From Candidatus Kaiserbacteria bacterium (GTDB lineage Bacteria > Patescibacteriota > Minisyncoccia > Phycocordibacterales > Phycocordibacteraceae), in NCBI GenBank assembly GCA_029288865.1, contig JARIGM010000017.1, forward strand, positions 7,131 to 71,130: a stretch of DNA of 64,000 nucleotides, written 5' to 3'. Positions 46,861 through 57,414 of this stretch are shown here, piece by piece. Each line of letters opens with the position of its first letter. Within the stretch, counting starts at the first letter, position 1. The translations under genes were made by a program, and so were the position numbers. The notes beneath the pieces are model-generated. The model ran no database searches, had not been told where the DNA came from, and was given only the letters and a program-made list of their open reading frames with translations.

Positions 46861-49800
46861 ATGAAAACTATCCTTACTATCGTTCTCGCACTCGCGTTCA
46901 CTATTGTGGGCGCATCGTCAGTACTGGCTATCGGGAGGGGAGGAACTCCTCCGACCGTAAGTCTCTCAGCAAGTAATGTAGAAGTAAGTCCGGGCGACTC
47001 AGTCACTCTTACGTGGTCCTCTACGAACGCGACTTCGTGTTCCAGTTCTCAATTCCCTACGGGTGGCACAAGTGGCGCAATGACAGTGACCCCAGATAGT
47101 CTGCCTACCACGTACTCTATTACCTGCGATGGTGCCGGAGGTTCCGCAACTGACTCAGTCACAATACGGCAAGGGACGAGCGGTTCATGCGATGTTACCG
47201 TTACTGCCGGACAGACTCAGAATTACACCTTCGTGCCGAGTCTTCCCGCCGGTGCCTACGATTTGTCTTATGCAGTTATAGCGCATAGGGTAGATGGATA
47301 CTCGACTGATAATCAGCAATTTAATAGTGATGGTAACTACAATCAGCAGCCTTTCACAGTCAGTAAGACTTGGACTACTCCTGGAAATTACCAGATCCAA
47401 GGTTGGGTCACTTTTTCGCGTGCATCAGGTTGCTCGGCGGGGAGTGGCTGTGCGGGCACCGATCCGTATCAGCAGGATACGATGACTAGTCCAACTGGGT
47501 CCGTATACGCGGAGGACGCCCCCCCTGTTTGTCACGTCACAGTTCTGCCCGCGAAAACGAACCTCACTGCCGGAGGGGCACCAGATTTATACGGTACATT
47601 AGGCCAATCTATTACCGTGATGACCACGAACGGCCAGGCCGTTAATGTGACGAATAACGGGCAGGCAGATGCAGGAGGTTTTACGACCCGATTCACCGTA
47701 AATGGCGGCAGTCCAATAGATGTAAATACGGGAGGTCTTTCGCAAGGAGCCTCTACTGATCTCTCGGCAACTTTTCCTGCAGGCGTATTTCCTTGGGTAG
47801 GTGCTTATACTTATCAATACTGCGTGGACTCCAATGGAAATGTTGATGAGTCTGACGAGAGTAACGGTGATAATTGTAGGTCGGGAAATATATATATAGG
47901 TAGCGCGCCAAGCGCTTGTCAGCTCAATGTGCTAACTGGCCAATCGACGACTTTCCAGATGACTACGAATGGCTACCTAACCTCGCGCGCATATCATGCG
48001 AACTATTCGATCAACTGGGGAAACACGACCTCTACGGGCTGGATAGAGCCGGGCGCAGAGCCGTATGTCGCGTCGCATACTTGGGATACAGCGGGAGATT
48101 ACAAGGTAGAAGGATATGTCGGAGATATTCAGTATATAAATACTCCTCCTTCCTCAGGGGCAGGTTCCGCACCTGATACTCTGATTGCACCAAACGGGCA
48201 GACTGCTACCTGGGCTCAAGGTACAAGTAGCGCGGTTCCGAAGTACTGTAATGTCCATGTGTACGATCCAGCACCAGCACCGACTGCAAGCATTTCGCTC
48301 TCACCAAGTTCGGTCGCTTATGGTGGCTCTTCAACACTCAGCTGGTCATGTGGTAATGCGGACTACGGATGTACGGGCACAGGCTTTAGTACCGGAGGTG
48401 CGGCGAGTGGCAGCATTACGGTCTCTCCTACTAAGAGTACGTATTATCGTGTAGATGCGAGCGGAGCCGGAGGCACTACTTATGCGGACCAATCCCTTTC
48501 GGTAGGGCAGCCGTATCCGGATGTGACTGCAAGGCGCCCAGACACAGCAGTTTCCGCTGTGTGGGGAAATTCATTTAATGTAACCGGAACGGTAATCAAT
48601 ATCGGTGCGGCAGCTATGAATGGACCGTTCTCAGTGACTGCACAAGTATGTGATGGGTTTGGATCTTGCGGCCAATATAACCATCTCAGTGCCATCCAGA
48701 TAGGGACTTTGAATCCTGATCCCTCGGGCGTCGGCGTGACCATACCGGTCCCTTCTACTCCGTCTGCTAGTGTCGGAGGCGCGACATATTCGTACAGAAT
48801 TTGTGCTGATGAGGACGCCGTAGGAAATAAGCCAGTGAATGAGTCAAATGAAGACAATAACTGTAGCGGTTGGCAAACCATAAATGTCACTGCACCAGAT
48901 CTCACGACTGATACGAGTAGCGGCAACGGCGTGGCACCGACTGTCTACGGAGACCTGGGTCAGCCCGTATCTGTTTCCGGCATTGCCGTCAACATTGGTA
49001 ATGCGGGTTCTGGAGGGTTCAGCAATATGTTCGTAACAAATTGGAATGGTTCCAGTTGGAATTCAATTACTGACGGATCCTATATAGGCGGACTCGGGCA
49101 AGGAGGCAGTCAGGCAGGGTTCTCGGGCACCTTCCCTGCGAGCACTTTCGCATCTAAAGGTACCTATGCGTATTCGTACTGTGCCGGCATCAATAGTGGC
49201 TGGCAACAGAGCTTGAGTAACGAATCAAACAACAATAATAACTGTGAGTGGTCGGGAAATATTGTCATTCGCGCACCGGATCTTACTGCTGGCAACCCTA
49301 CGCCTTGGCCAGCTACAACGTTGGTGAATACACCTATTACATTCTCCACTCAAATAAACAACGGCGGGGATGGTAGCTCAGTTTCTTTCCCGGTCTTTTT
49401 CGAGGTAGTGAACGATGGAACCAAATTCGGCTACACGTATTTGAATGGTATCGCCCCGAATGCGCCCGTCACGGCCACTGCAAGTTATACGTTCACTTCT
49501 CCAGGTACCTATCAAGTCATGGCGTGCGTGAACAACAACACAAGCTGGAAGAATATAGCCCCAGAGTCAAAGTATGATAATGACTGCAGCGCCTGGGATA
49601 CGGTAAACGTCTATCCAGTTCCAACGGTAAGCCTCACTCTTACGCCTAATTCAATCGCGTATGGTGGGTCGTCCACGCTTAATTGGTCCTGCACGGGAGC
49701 AGATGCGTGTACGGGGTACGGCTTCAGTACGGGTAATGCGAATAGTGGTTCGATCACGGTGAATCCAACTCAGACTACCAGCTACAGTCTCGGAGCATGG

Positions 49801-51648
49801 AATGGCTCCGGAACAACGGCGAACACGAGCGCGACGTTGACAGTGGGCCAGCCTTATCCGAATCTTACCGCTGATAACAATGGTCCTGTGGTCGCTAAAA
49901 CTGGAAGCACTCCCACTCTATCTGGCACGATTCAAAATATCGGCGCGATCACGACATCCGGATCATTCTATGTCCAGGTACGGTTCTGTGATGCTAATTG
50001 TGCAACTATCGACCGGAGCGTATTCACTTCGACCCAAGCCCTTGCTCCCGGTCCATCACGAGCAGTTTCTTTCTCGCAATTAACGATGCCGAGTCGTGGT
50101 AATTACTACTACCAGATATGTGCGGATGCATATGGTGACGTGCATGAGTCTAAGGAAGATGATAACTGTTCTGGGTGGCAATCTGTCACGGTTACTGCTC
50201 CTGATCTCGTACCGACACCTCCAGGCCCTCCAATAGGTCCAGTATCCCCGACAACTGGCACTGCGGGTTCGCCGGTCACGTTTACCGCTTCCGCAAAGAA
50301 CCAGGGTGATGCTGCCTCTGATTCGTTCCCAATCTTGTTCCAGGTCGAAGAGAATGGAGACCTCTTCAGCAGCAACTATGTAGCGGGGCTCGCATCTGGC
50401 AGCACAGGCTCTGCGTCGGGTGCCTACACCTTCTCCAGGATGGGTACCTATCATGTACGCGAATGTGTGAATCAGATTCCGGACGTTAACCGAGATGTCG
50501 TAGCTGTTGAGAGTAATTACGGGAATAACTGTGGAGATTGGATTCCGGTGACTATATCGGCGCCGAATCCTCTTGGCGAGGGAGTTACTCCGACAACTGC
50601 GATTGCTGGAAGTCCTGTTACCCTCGTAGGCAGTGTCACGGATATGGACCCGAATACTGGTGTGCCATCGGCAGATATTACGACGTCATTCCCTAACTGG
50701 ATTATCATTCGTAATGCAGCGAATGGCGGCGGCTCGGATGTATTCGACAACAATGTAACCGCATCGCCTCTTGCCTCAGGCGCACACGAGACCATTAATG
50801 ATCTCCCGTACACGTTCCCTAGTGAAGGTACGTATTCCGTTCTCGTATGCGCAGGATACGGATTTAACGGCACAACGGATCCGTGGACCCGCGTTCCGGC
50901 GAACTCAAGCGGCGGCGGTTGCGGTCCGTGGACAAATATCACGGTGGGTCCTGCGCCTAAGCCTGATCTCATAGGACTTACTCCTCCAAACATTACGGTG
51001 CAGCAGGGCAATGCAGTACCGGTCTCAGGTACCGTGATGAACCAAGGCACTGTAGGTACGGGAGCAAGCTTCAAGAATATCTTTAAGACTGATCCTCAGG
51101 GAAATGGAACATGGCGTCCTGCTGCGGGCAGCTCAACGGGTGCACCGCTCGCCGGAGGAAATGCAACTGAATCTGTATCTGGCACGTTGCCCGCATTCAC
51201 TCAGCCAGGCGTGTATCCTTACGTACTCTGCGCCGATGAGGATATTGATAACGGTTGGGCAGGCAGTATCGATGAGGGTTCAAACGAAGGAAATAACTGT
51301 AGTGTTCAGCCTGGATTTATCACAGTACAACCCCCACCGCCTCCACCAAGCTGTTCAGGCATGCCAACGCTCAGCCTGACAGCCAATCCGAACCGCGTGG
51401 TTAAGAATGGCAGTGCGACATTGTCATGGCGCGTCACCAACACCCTCAATTCGTGTACAGTCACGAACTCGAATGGAACAACGATCGCAACGATTCCAGC
51501 AGGGCAGTGTTCAGACGTAGCAACCAGCTCGATGAGCACCGGACCGCTCACGAAACAGACCGTCTACTCCTTGAACTGTACGAATGCCGGAACTGCCTAT
51601 GCGACGACCACGGTCGTGAATGTGGTACCGAAATTCAACGAATTTTAG
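46861..51648 (+). CDS. giant secreted multi-CARDB/Ig-like surface protein, cassette 2 (1595 aa)
   Basis: Signal peptide MKTILTIVLALAFTIVGASSVLA. More than 10 repeats ending E(S/D)NE.NNNC. Conserved C-terminal ~100 aa after PPPPPPSCSG ending VVNVVPKFNEF. Confidence 0.7.
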   Translation: MKTILTIVLALAFTIVGASSVLAIGRGGTPPTVSLSASNVEVSPGDSVTLTWSSTNATSCSSSQFPTGGTSGAMTVTPDSLPTTYSITCDGAGGSATDSVTIRQGTSGSCDVTVTAGQTQNYTFVPSLPAGAYDLSYAVIAHRVDGYSTDNQQFNSDGNYNQQPFTVSKTWTTPGNYQIQGWVTFSRASGCSAGSGCAGTDPYQQDTMTSPTGSVYAEDAPPVCHVTVLPAKTNLTAGGAPDLYGTLGQSITVMTTNGQAVNVTNNGQADAGGFTTRFTVNGGSPIDVNTGGLSQGASTDLSATFPAGVFPWVGAYTYQYCVDSNGNVDESDESNGDNCRSGNIYIGSAPSACQLNVLTGQSTTFQMTTNGYLTSRAYHANYSINWGNTTSTGWIEPGAEPYVASHTWDTAGDYKVEGYVGDIQYINTPPSSGAGSAPDTLIAPNGQTATWAQGTSSAVPKYCNVHVYDPAPAPTASISLSPSSVAYGGSSTLSWSCGNADYGCTGTGFSTGGAASGSITVSPTKSTYYRVDASGAGGTTYADQSLSVGQPYPDVTARRPDTAVSAVWGNSFNVTGTVINIGAAAMNGPFSVTAQVCDGFGSCGQYNHLSAIQIGTLNPDPSGVGVTIPVPSTPSASVGGATYSYRICADEDAVGNKPVNESNEDNNCSGWQTINVTAPDLTTDTSSGNGVAPTVYGDLGQPVSVSGIAVNIGNAGSGGFSNMFVTNWNGSSWNSITDGSYIGGLGQGGSQAGFSGTFPASTFASKGTYAYSYCAGINSGWQQSLSNESNNNNNCEWSGNIVIRAPDLTAGNPTPWPATTLVNTPITFSTQINNGGDGSSVSFPVFFEVVNDGTKFGYTYLNGIAPNAPVTATASYTFTSPGTYQVMACVNNNTSWKNIAPESKYDNDCSAWDTVNVYPVPTVSLTLTPNSIAYGGSSTLNWSCTGADACTGYGFSTGNANSGSITVNPTQTTSYSLGAWNGSGTTANTSATLTVGQPYPNLTADNNGPVVAKTGSTPTLSGTIQNIGAITTSGSFYVQVRFCDANCATIDRSVFTSTQALAPGPSRAVSFSQLTMPSRGNYYYQICADAYGDVHESKEDDNCSGWQSVTVTAPDLVPTPPGPPIGPVSPTTGTAGSPVTFTASAKNQGDAASDSFPILFQVEENGDLFSSNYVAGLASGSTGSASGAYTFSRMGTYHVRECVNQIPDVNRDVVAVESNYGNNCGDWIPVTISAPNPLGEGVTPTTAIAGSPVTLVGSVTDMDPNTGVPSADITTSFPNWIIIRNAANGGGSDVFDNNVTASPLASGAHETINDLPYTFPSEGTYSVLVCAGYGFNGTTDPWTRVPANSSGGGCGPWTNITVGPAPKPDLIGLTPPNITVQQGNAVPVSGTVMNQGTVGTGASFKNIFKTDPQGNGTWRPAAGSSTGAPLAGGNATESVSGTLPAFTQPGVYPYVLCADEDIDNGWAGSIDEGSNEGNNCSVQPGFITVQPPPPPPSCSGMPTLSLTANPNRVVKNGSATLSWRVTNTLNSCTVTNSNGTTIATIPAGQCSDVATSSMSTGPLTKQTVYSLNCTNAGTAYATTTVVNVVPKFNEF
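51333..51648 (+). repeat. ~315-bp conserved 3' coding module of giant gene (copy in cassette 2)
   Basis: About 85% nt identity by eye to 56797-57114. Encodes PPPPPPSCSG...TLSLT.NP.RVVKNGSATLSWRVTNTLN.CTV.NS.G...IPAGQCSDVATSSMSTGPLTKQTVYSLNC.NAGTAYATTTVVNVVPK..EF. Confidence 0.7.
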
Positions 51649-51708
51649 GCTCCGCTCTCCACATAGAGGGATAGTGAAGGGGAGCAGGGTCTCGTATACT
51701 TCAGGTAT
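51649..51708 (+). repeat. conserved ~60-bp intergenic element (copy 2)
   Basis: gctccgctctccacatagagggatagtgaaggggagcagggtctcgtatacttcaggtatatgaacg... Confidence 0.6.
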
Positions 51709-52653
51709 ATGAACGAACCTCAACCCTCGCACGTGAATCGGCATACTGCTCTGATCATTGCCATAGTTCTTCTCCTTATAATAATCGGGTTCTTGTACTG
51801 GTTCCGTGCGCCGCTCGGCATGTTTTCTCGCAACTTTGCTGCACTCATGAGCATCCATGGCGAGCATATTGTGCAGGGGCCTGGGATCGGCGAGAAGGTG
51901 AGTACGATCGGATTCTTCGGCGAGCAGAAAGTCACTTCGAAAGCAGGAAGGGTCGTCGACTACGCGCACAGTTCGAAAGGAGACTTCGCGATCATTCTTT
52001 CTCCCGATGGTCGGGATGAAGACGTGTTCTCACTCAGCGATATGCAGAAGATCACGTCCGATGGCGGTATCAAATCATCGCTTTCGGTATCACCTGATGG
52101 AACGAATGTTGCATATGCGGCGCTGAAGCCTGGCGGCTATCATGCATTCGGTCCTTCCTCTAATATCGCAGACTGGAGCGTCCGTATCCATGATGTGAAA
52201 TCTTCGGTGGAGCTCGTTTTCCTCGGTGCGTATCAGCCGCAATTCTTCACCTCTGGCACCTCGACAGTAGTGGCATTCATGCAGCCAGACGGCATTATGA
52301 TGGATAACGTCACTACTCATACCGTTCAGCTCGTAAAAGAGTCAGGGAGCACGTCAACGATGTCTCCGCTGTATGTCTCGCCAGACGGGAAGCATCTCCT
52401 TTCTTATGATCAATCCAAATCGCAGTACGTGCTTTACGACATGTCAGGAACATTCCCATTCACACTCAAGCCCCATGTCCCAATGCCTCCGCTCGGCCAT
52501 GTGATCGGTATGGATAATAATGGAATCTATAGCTCAGTCGTATCATCTCAGGCCAAGAGGGCGGATGTGCTGTATACGACGTTCGCAAAGCCTTTCTCAG
52601 TCGCCTGGACATATGCTTCCAGCGGAACGGCTCTCTTTAAAATGACTCGATAA
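51709..52653 (+). CDS. TM-anchored beta-propeller-like protein, cassette 3 small partner
   Basis: Paralogue of 41747-42697 and 45850-46851. Confidence 0.5.
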   Translation: MNEPQPSHVNRHTALIIAIVLLLIIIGFLYWFRAPLGMFSRNFAALMSIHGEHIVQGPGIGEKVSTIGFFGEQKVTSKAGRVVDYAHSSKGDFAIILSPDGRDEDVFSLSDMQKITSDGGIKSSLSVSPDGTNVAYAALKPGGYHAFGPSSNIADWSVRIHDVKSSVELVFLGAYQPQFFTSGTSTVVAFMQPDGIMMDNVTTHTVQLVKESGSTSTMSPLYVSPDGKHLLSYDQSKSQYVLYDMSGTFPFTLKPHVPMPPLGHVIGMDNNGIYSSVVSSQAKRADVLYTTFAKPFSVAWTYASSGTALFKMTR

Positions 52654-52659
52654 CTTCAT

Positions 52660-55600
52660 ATGAAAAAAATCCTGATCCCGCTCGTGCTGCTCGCCTCGCT
52701 TACCGTCGCTGCTCCGCATATGGCGCTCGCAAATGACGGCGGCTCCTGTGATTCGACGATATACCAGGGGAATTCCATCGTATTTTCTGCGGAAGATGCG
52801 CCAGGTGGGTCGAATGCAGCCACATACGAGCTGGATATGTCGGGTCCATCTAATATGACAGTCACGCAACGGCAGAACTACGGTGGGGGTACCCAGCCTC
52901 CGACATACGGAATCATGGCAACTTTCCCATTCAATAAACCGGGTTCTTATACCATTACTGCCCGTATCTACGACATCAACTACCCTGTCGGATATCAGCA
53001 AGGTGGAGCTTCTGGTGCCGTGCCTCTTCAGATAAATGCCGGCACTTACGATAATCCGCAAGCGCAGAAGGCCTGGGTTGCTGACCAAAACGCAAACCCT
53101 CCGACCTGTACGATCACGGTGCAACCTACGCCGAAGCCGGATCTCGTGCCCGGAACTGGCCAGACAATATATGGGACAGTGGGGCAGAACGTGGCTATTC
53201 CTGCAAGCGTGACCAATAGCGGGAATGCAGACGCGAGCGGATTCACAGTATGGTTCAATTCCAACGGTCAGAATCCGACTGTTTCAGTCGGAGGTCTCGG
53301 TGCGGGAGCGTCGCAAGATGTCTCGACGACGCTACAATCTTCCGGTTGGGGAGCGGGCACGTACTCATATCAATACTGCGTCGACCAGTACGGACAGGTG
53401 GATGAATCGAGTGAAGACAATAACTGTACGAGCGGGTCGATCATCCTGAACAATCCACCCTCGCCTGATGTGGCCATCACTGATATCTGGCAGAGCGGGA
53501 CCGCGATTGCTGGACAGCCAGTGACGCTTTGGGCATACGAGCAGAACAACGGTAATGCGGATTCAGGTAACTTCACGGTCCAATTCTTTAGCTCTGATGG
53601 GTCCGTGAACGCATATAGCGGAAATGTGTACCTCACGAGCTCCGGCGGCGCAGCGAATACATCCATCTCCTATACCTTTCCCTCTGCAGGAACGTATTAC
53701 TTGAAAGCTTGCGCGAGCGTCGCGAACGATTCAAATGGCGCGAATAACTGCAGCGCGGATTGGATCCCAGTAACGGTCTACCCGGTCCCAACCGCAAGTC
53801 TTTCTCTTAGTCCAAACTCGGTTCCTTATGGAGGTTCCGCAACTCTAAGCTGGTACTGCGGCAATGCGGATTCATGCGGAGGGACGAACTTCAGTACGAA
53901 CGGCCAGGTGAGCGGTTCGGTCACGGTCTCGGCAACCCAAACCACGACATATTCGCTTTGGTCAAATGGTCCCGGCGGCAACACTCCTGCCTATCAGACC
54001 CTCACGGTGGGTCCGCCATATCCCGACCTCACTGCTGGAACGGGCGGCCCGCTGACGGTGGTCTCGAAGGCGAACTTTAGCCTCGGTGGCACTGTCTACA
54101 ATATTGGCGATACGGGAACACCGAGCTCTTTCAACAATCTCGTACAGATCTGTGACCGCAACGATGGTACCTGTCCGAACTATTACCAAGGGATGTCATC
54201 TGGAATGTCTGCACTTGCGAACGGCAACTCGCAGGGCACGTCCTTCACGGCTCACATCGATGCTCCGGGAACCTATTATTATCGCCTTTGCGCTGACCTC
54301 GATACCAGTGGGAACGGCACGATCGCCGAATCTAATGAAAGAAATAACTGCGGCGTCTGGCAAAGCATCACCGTACTCGCACCAGATCTCACCGTCGGTG
54401 GCATAAACACTACCTATGGTGTACTCGGTCAAAGTGTATCCGTGAGTGGTACTGCAATAAATAATGGGAATGCCTCGACCGGCGGCTTCAATAGCATGTT
54501 TGTGACCAACTGGAACGGAAGCTCTTGGCAGACGATCACTTCAGCGAATTGGACCTCGAATCTTGGTCCTGGCGGATCAGCATCCATCGGTGGTACATTC
54601 CCCGCGAATGCATTCTCACATCGAGGCACTTATCAGTATGCATATTGTGCGGGCATCGATTCTTCATGGAACTGGAGCTTAAACAATGAATCGAACACTA
54701 ATAATAATTGTATAAGTGGCGGCTCCCTCGTCATCCAAGCTCCTGATCTTACTGCGGGCGGCGTTTCGCTCAGTGGCACGGCGATCGCTGGTCAGCCGAC
54801 AGGCTTCAACGCCACTGCGTATAACAATGGCGATTACGGGTCCAATGCCTTCCCGGTGATGTTCCAGGTACAGAATAGTAGTGGTCAGGATGTCGCGTAC
54901 GTCACGAGCGGCTATGTGGGAGGTCTCGCACCTGGCGGATCAACAGGCGCGAGCGCATCGACGGTCTTGTCGAGTGCCGGCACATATAACGTCCGTGCTT
55001 GTGCGAACCGCAATTCAAGCTGGGGACTCGTAGTCACTAATGACACGGATACTACAAATGACTGCGGCGGTTGGACTTCTTTCACGCTCTATCCAGTCCC
55101 GACGGCAAGCATCTCGCTTTCGCCATCCTCGGTCGCATACGGCGGCTCCACCACTGTTACGTGGTCATGTGCGAGCGGCGCAACCTCGTGCGCGGGAACT
55201 AACTTCAATACAAATGGCGCCATGAGCGGCTCGGTAACTGTCTCTGCGACGCAGACTACCACCTACACGGTCTGGGCTAACGGTCCTGGCGGCACTACAA
55301 GCGCTGCGCAAACCCTGTCGGTCGGTCCTCCGTATCCAGATCTTACAGCGAGCATCACCAGTGGCTGGATCACGGCTACAATGAATACGAGCTTCACGAT
55401 GAATGGTACGGTCTCTAATATCGGCAACGCAGCAACTCCGGGATCTTTCCCGAATATGGTACAGATCTGCGATTCGAATTGTGCTACGTACAATCAACGA
55501 TATTCAGCCTCGACAGCAGCACTCGCGAATGGCCAGTCTCGAGCTATCTCGTTCACTGCAAGCATACCAACGGCGGGGTCATATTACTTCCGCATCTGTG

Positions 55601-57114
55601 CCGACGTTGACTCGAATTGGAATGGTGTCGTAGATGAAGGCTCTGTTCCAAGTGAAGACAATAACTGTACTAACTGGCAGAACCTTACTGTGGCGGCACC
55701 GAATCTTACGCCAGGTGCGCTCACTCCGACGAGTGCAGTAGCGGGCAGTCCTGTAACATTCAGCTCAGACATCACTAATAGCGGAAATTCTGACGCTCCT
55801 TCATTCCCTGTGCGTTTCCAAATTCAGGAGAATGGCGATGTATTCACGAGTACGTATAGCGGTTCTGCGCTTCCTGCTGGTTGGCTGCGTACTATGTCGG
55901 GTAGTTATACATTCGCCAGTGCCGGTACTTATCATGTGCAAGCATGTGCAAACGAGAACGCGGCAGGTACGATGATCGTTCAAGAGTCGAACTATAGAGA
56001 TAACTGTACTGCTTGGACTGCCGTCACGGTGAGTCCGCAACCGAAGCCGGACCTCATACCAGGTAGCGCTCCGACCATAACAATCACTCGTGGCCAGACG
56101 GCAACGGTAACCGGAAGCGTCACAAACAGCGGAAACCTTGGTGCTACTAGTTTCCCGACAATGTTCGCGACGAATCTTAATCAAGCACAGAATGGATGGA
56201 ATACCATGCAGGCCGGCCCGACGGTCAGCTCGCTTGCGGTGAACGGCACCACGAACATAACGAGCACGTTCCCTGCAACTACCTTTCCGACAGCTGGTAC
56301 GTATACATACACCTACTGTGTGAATACGGACACAAGCTGGAGTCATCCGCTCGATGAGGGTACAGCGACCGGTAATGACTGTGCGTGGCCATATGGTTCT
56401 ATTATTGTGAATGACCCGACCTATCCAGATCTCATCGTTACCAGTGCACCGAATGTCTCGGCTCAGGTAGGACAGGTACAGAACATCACGCTCAGCGGTA
56501 CGGTGAAGAACCAGGGCACCGCAGATGCTGGATCGTTCCATAATCTTATGGCGACGAATCAAACGCAAAACGGATGGAGCGACTCGACCGACGCGACAAC
56601 TATCAGCTCGCTTGCTCAGGGACAGTCTGCGACGGTATCCGGATCGTTCCCGCCAGGAACCTTCACGAGCCCAGGTTCATATGTGTACGAGATATGTACG
56701 AACATGAACCGAAGCAACGGATGGGCTGCAGACCTCGATGAGGGCACCTCGGCGAATAAGGGTAATAACTGTACAACCGGTGTCATAACAGTATCCCCAC
56801 CGCCACCGCCACCGAGCTGTTCAGGCACTCCGACACTCAGCCTGACATCTAATCCGAGCCGTGTGGTCAAGAATGGTAGTGCGACATTGTCATGGCGTGT
56901 CACCAACACCTTGAACGCATGTACGGTGAAGAACTCGAGCGGCGCGACTCTCGCGACGATACCAGCAGGGCAGTGCTCGGATGTGGCGACCAGCTCGATG
57001 AGCACTGGACCGCTCACTAAGCAGACCGTGTACTCGCTCAACTGTTCGAATGCTGGAACTGCCTATGCGACCACGACTGTCGTGAACGTAGTGCCGAAAT
57101 ACGGCGAATTCTAA
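52660..57114 (+). CDS. giant secreted multi-CARDB/Ig-like surface protein, cassette 3 (1484 aa)
   Basis: Signal peptide MKKILIPLVLLASLTVAAPHMALA. The same repeat architecture. C-terminal module ~85% nt-identical to that of cassette 2, ending VVNVVPKYGEF. Confidence 0.7.
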   Translation: MKKILIPLVLLASLTVAAPHMALANDGGSCDSTIYQGNSIVFSAEDAPGGSNAATYELDMSGPSNMTVTQRQNYGGGTQPPTYGIMATFPFNKPGSYTITARIYDINYPVGYQQGGASGAVPLQINAGTYDNPQAQKAWVADQNANPPTCTITVQPTPKPDLVPGTGQTIYGTVGQNVAIPASVTNSGNADASGFTVWFNSNGQNPTVSVGGLGAGASQDVSTTLQSSGWGAGTYSYQYCVDQYGQVDESSEDNNCTSGSIILNNPPSPDVAITDIWQSGTAIAGQPVTLWAYEQNNGNADSGNFTVQFFSSDGSVNAYSGNVYLTSSGGAANTSISYTFPSAGTYYLKACASVANDSNGANNCSADWIPVTVYPVPTASLSLSPNSVPYGGSATLSWYCGNADSCGGTNFSTNGQVSGSVTVSATQTTTYSLWSNGPGGNTPAYQTLTVGPPYPDLTAGTGGPLTVVSKANFSLGGTVYNIGDTGTPSSFNNLVQICDRNDGTCPNYYQGMSSGMSALANGNSQGTSFTAHIDAPGTYYYRLCADLDTSGNGTIAESNERNNCGVWQSITVLAPDLTVGGINTTYGVLGQSVSVSGTAINNGNASTGGFNSMFVTNWNGSSWQTITSANWTSNLGPGGSASIGGTFPANAFSHRGTYQYAYCAGIDSSWNWSLNNESNTNNNCISGGSLVIQAPDLTAGGVSLSGTAIAGQPTGFNATAYNNGDYGSNAFPVMFQVQNSSGQDVAYVTSGYVGGLAPGGSTGASASTVLSSAGTYNVRACANRNSSWGLVVTNDTDTTNDCGGWTSFTLYPVPTASISLSPSSVAYGGSTTVTWSCASGATSCAGTNFNTNGAMSGSVTVSATQTTTYTVWANGPGGTTSAAQTLSVGPPYPDLTASITSGWITATMNTSFTMNGTVSNIGNAATPGSFPNMVQICDSNCATYNQRYSASTAALANGQSRAISFTASIPTAGSYYFRICADVDSNWNGVVDEGSVPSEDNNCTNWQNLTVAAPNLTPGALTPTSAVAGSPVTFSSDITNSGNSDAPSFPVRFQIQENGDVFTSTYSGSALPAGWLRTMSGSYTFASAGTYHVQACANENAAGTMIVQESNYRDNCTAWTAVTVSPQPKPDLIPGSAPTITITRGQTATVTGSVTNSGNLGATSFPTMFATNLNQAQNGWNTMQAGPTVSSLAVNGTTNITSTFPATTFPTAGTYTYTYCVNTDTSWSHPLDEGTATGNDCAWPYGSIIVNDPTYPDLIVTSAPNVSAQVGQVQNITLSGTVKNQGTADAGSFHNLMATNQTQNGWSDSTDATTISSLAQGQSATVSGSFPPGTFTSPGSYVYEICTNMNRSNGWAADLDEGTSANKGNNCTTGVITVSPPPPPPSCSGTPTLSLTSNPSRVVKNGSATLSWRVTNTLNACTVKNSSGATLATIPAGQCSDVATSSMSTGPLTKQTVYSLNCSNAGTAYATTTVVNVVPKYGEF
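56797..57114 (+). repeat. ~315-bp conserved 3' coding module of giant gene (copy in cassette 3)
   Basis: See 51333-51648. Confidence 0.7.
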
Positions 57115-57159
57115 AAGATTTGCCCGCCAGGGTCTCTTCTGGTATAGTGAAAATCACGT

Positions 57160-57408
57160 ATGAAAAAGGATATCCACCCAGCAAATTACCGCACGGTGAT
57201 GTTTGAGGACCTCGCTTCTGGCGAAGTATTCCTCATCGGTTCGACCGTGAAGACCACTGAGACTGGCACATATAAGGGCCAGGACTACCCGAAGATGGTC
57301 GTTGAAATCTCGAGCAAATCGCACCCGTTTTACACTGGTGAAGACCGCACTCTCGATAAGACAGGACGCGTCGAGCGCTTCAAGCAGCGCGCTGCAAAGA
57401 AGAAATAA
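57160..57408 (+). CDS. rpmE: 50S ribosomal protein bL31 (type B, no zinc-binding cysteines)
   Basis: MKKDIHPANYRTVMF...HPFYTGEDRTLDKTGRVERFKQR. Confidence 0.85.
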   Translation: MKKDIHPANYRTVMFEDLASGEVFLIGSTVKTTETGTYKGQDYPKMVVEISSKSHPFYTGEDRTLDKTGRVERFKQRAAKKK

Positions 57409-57414
57409 AGCTTC

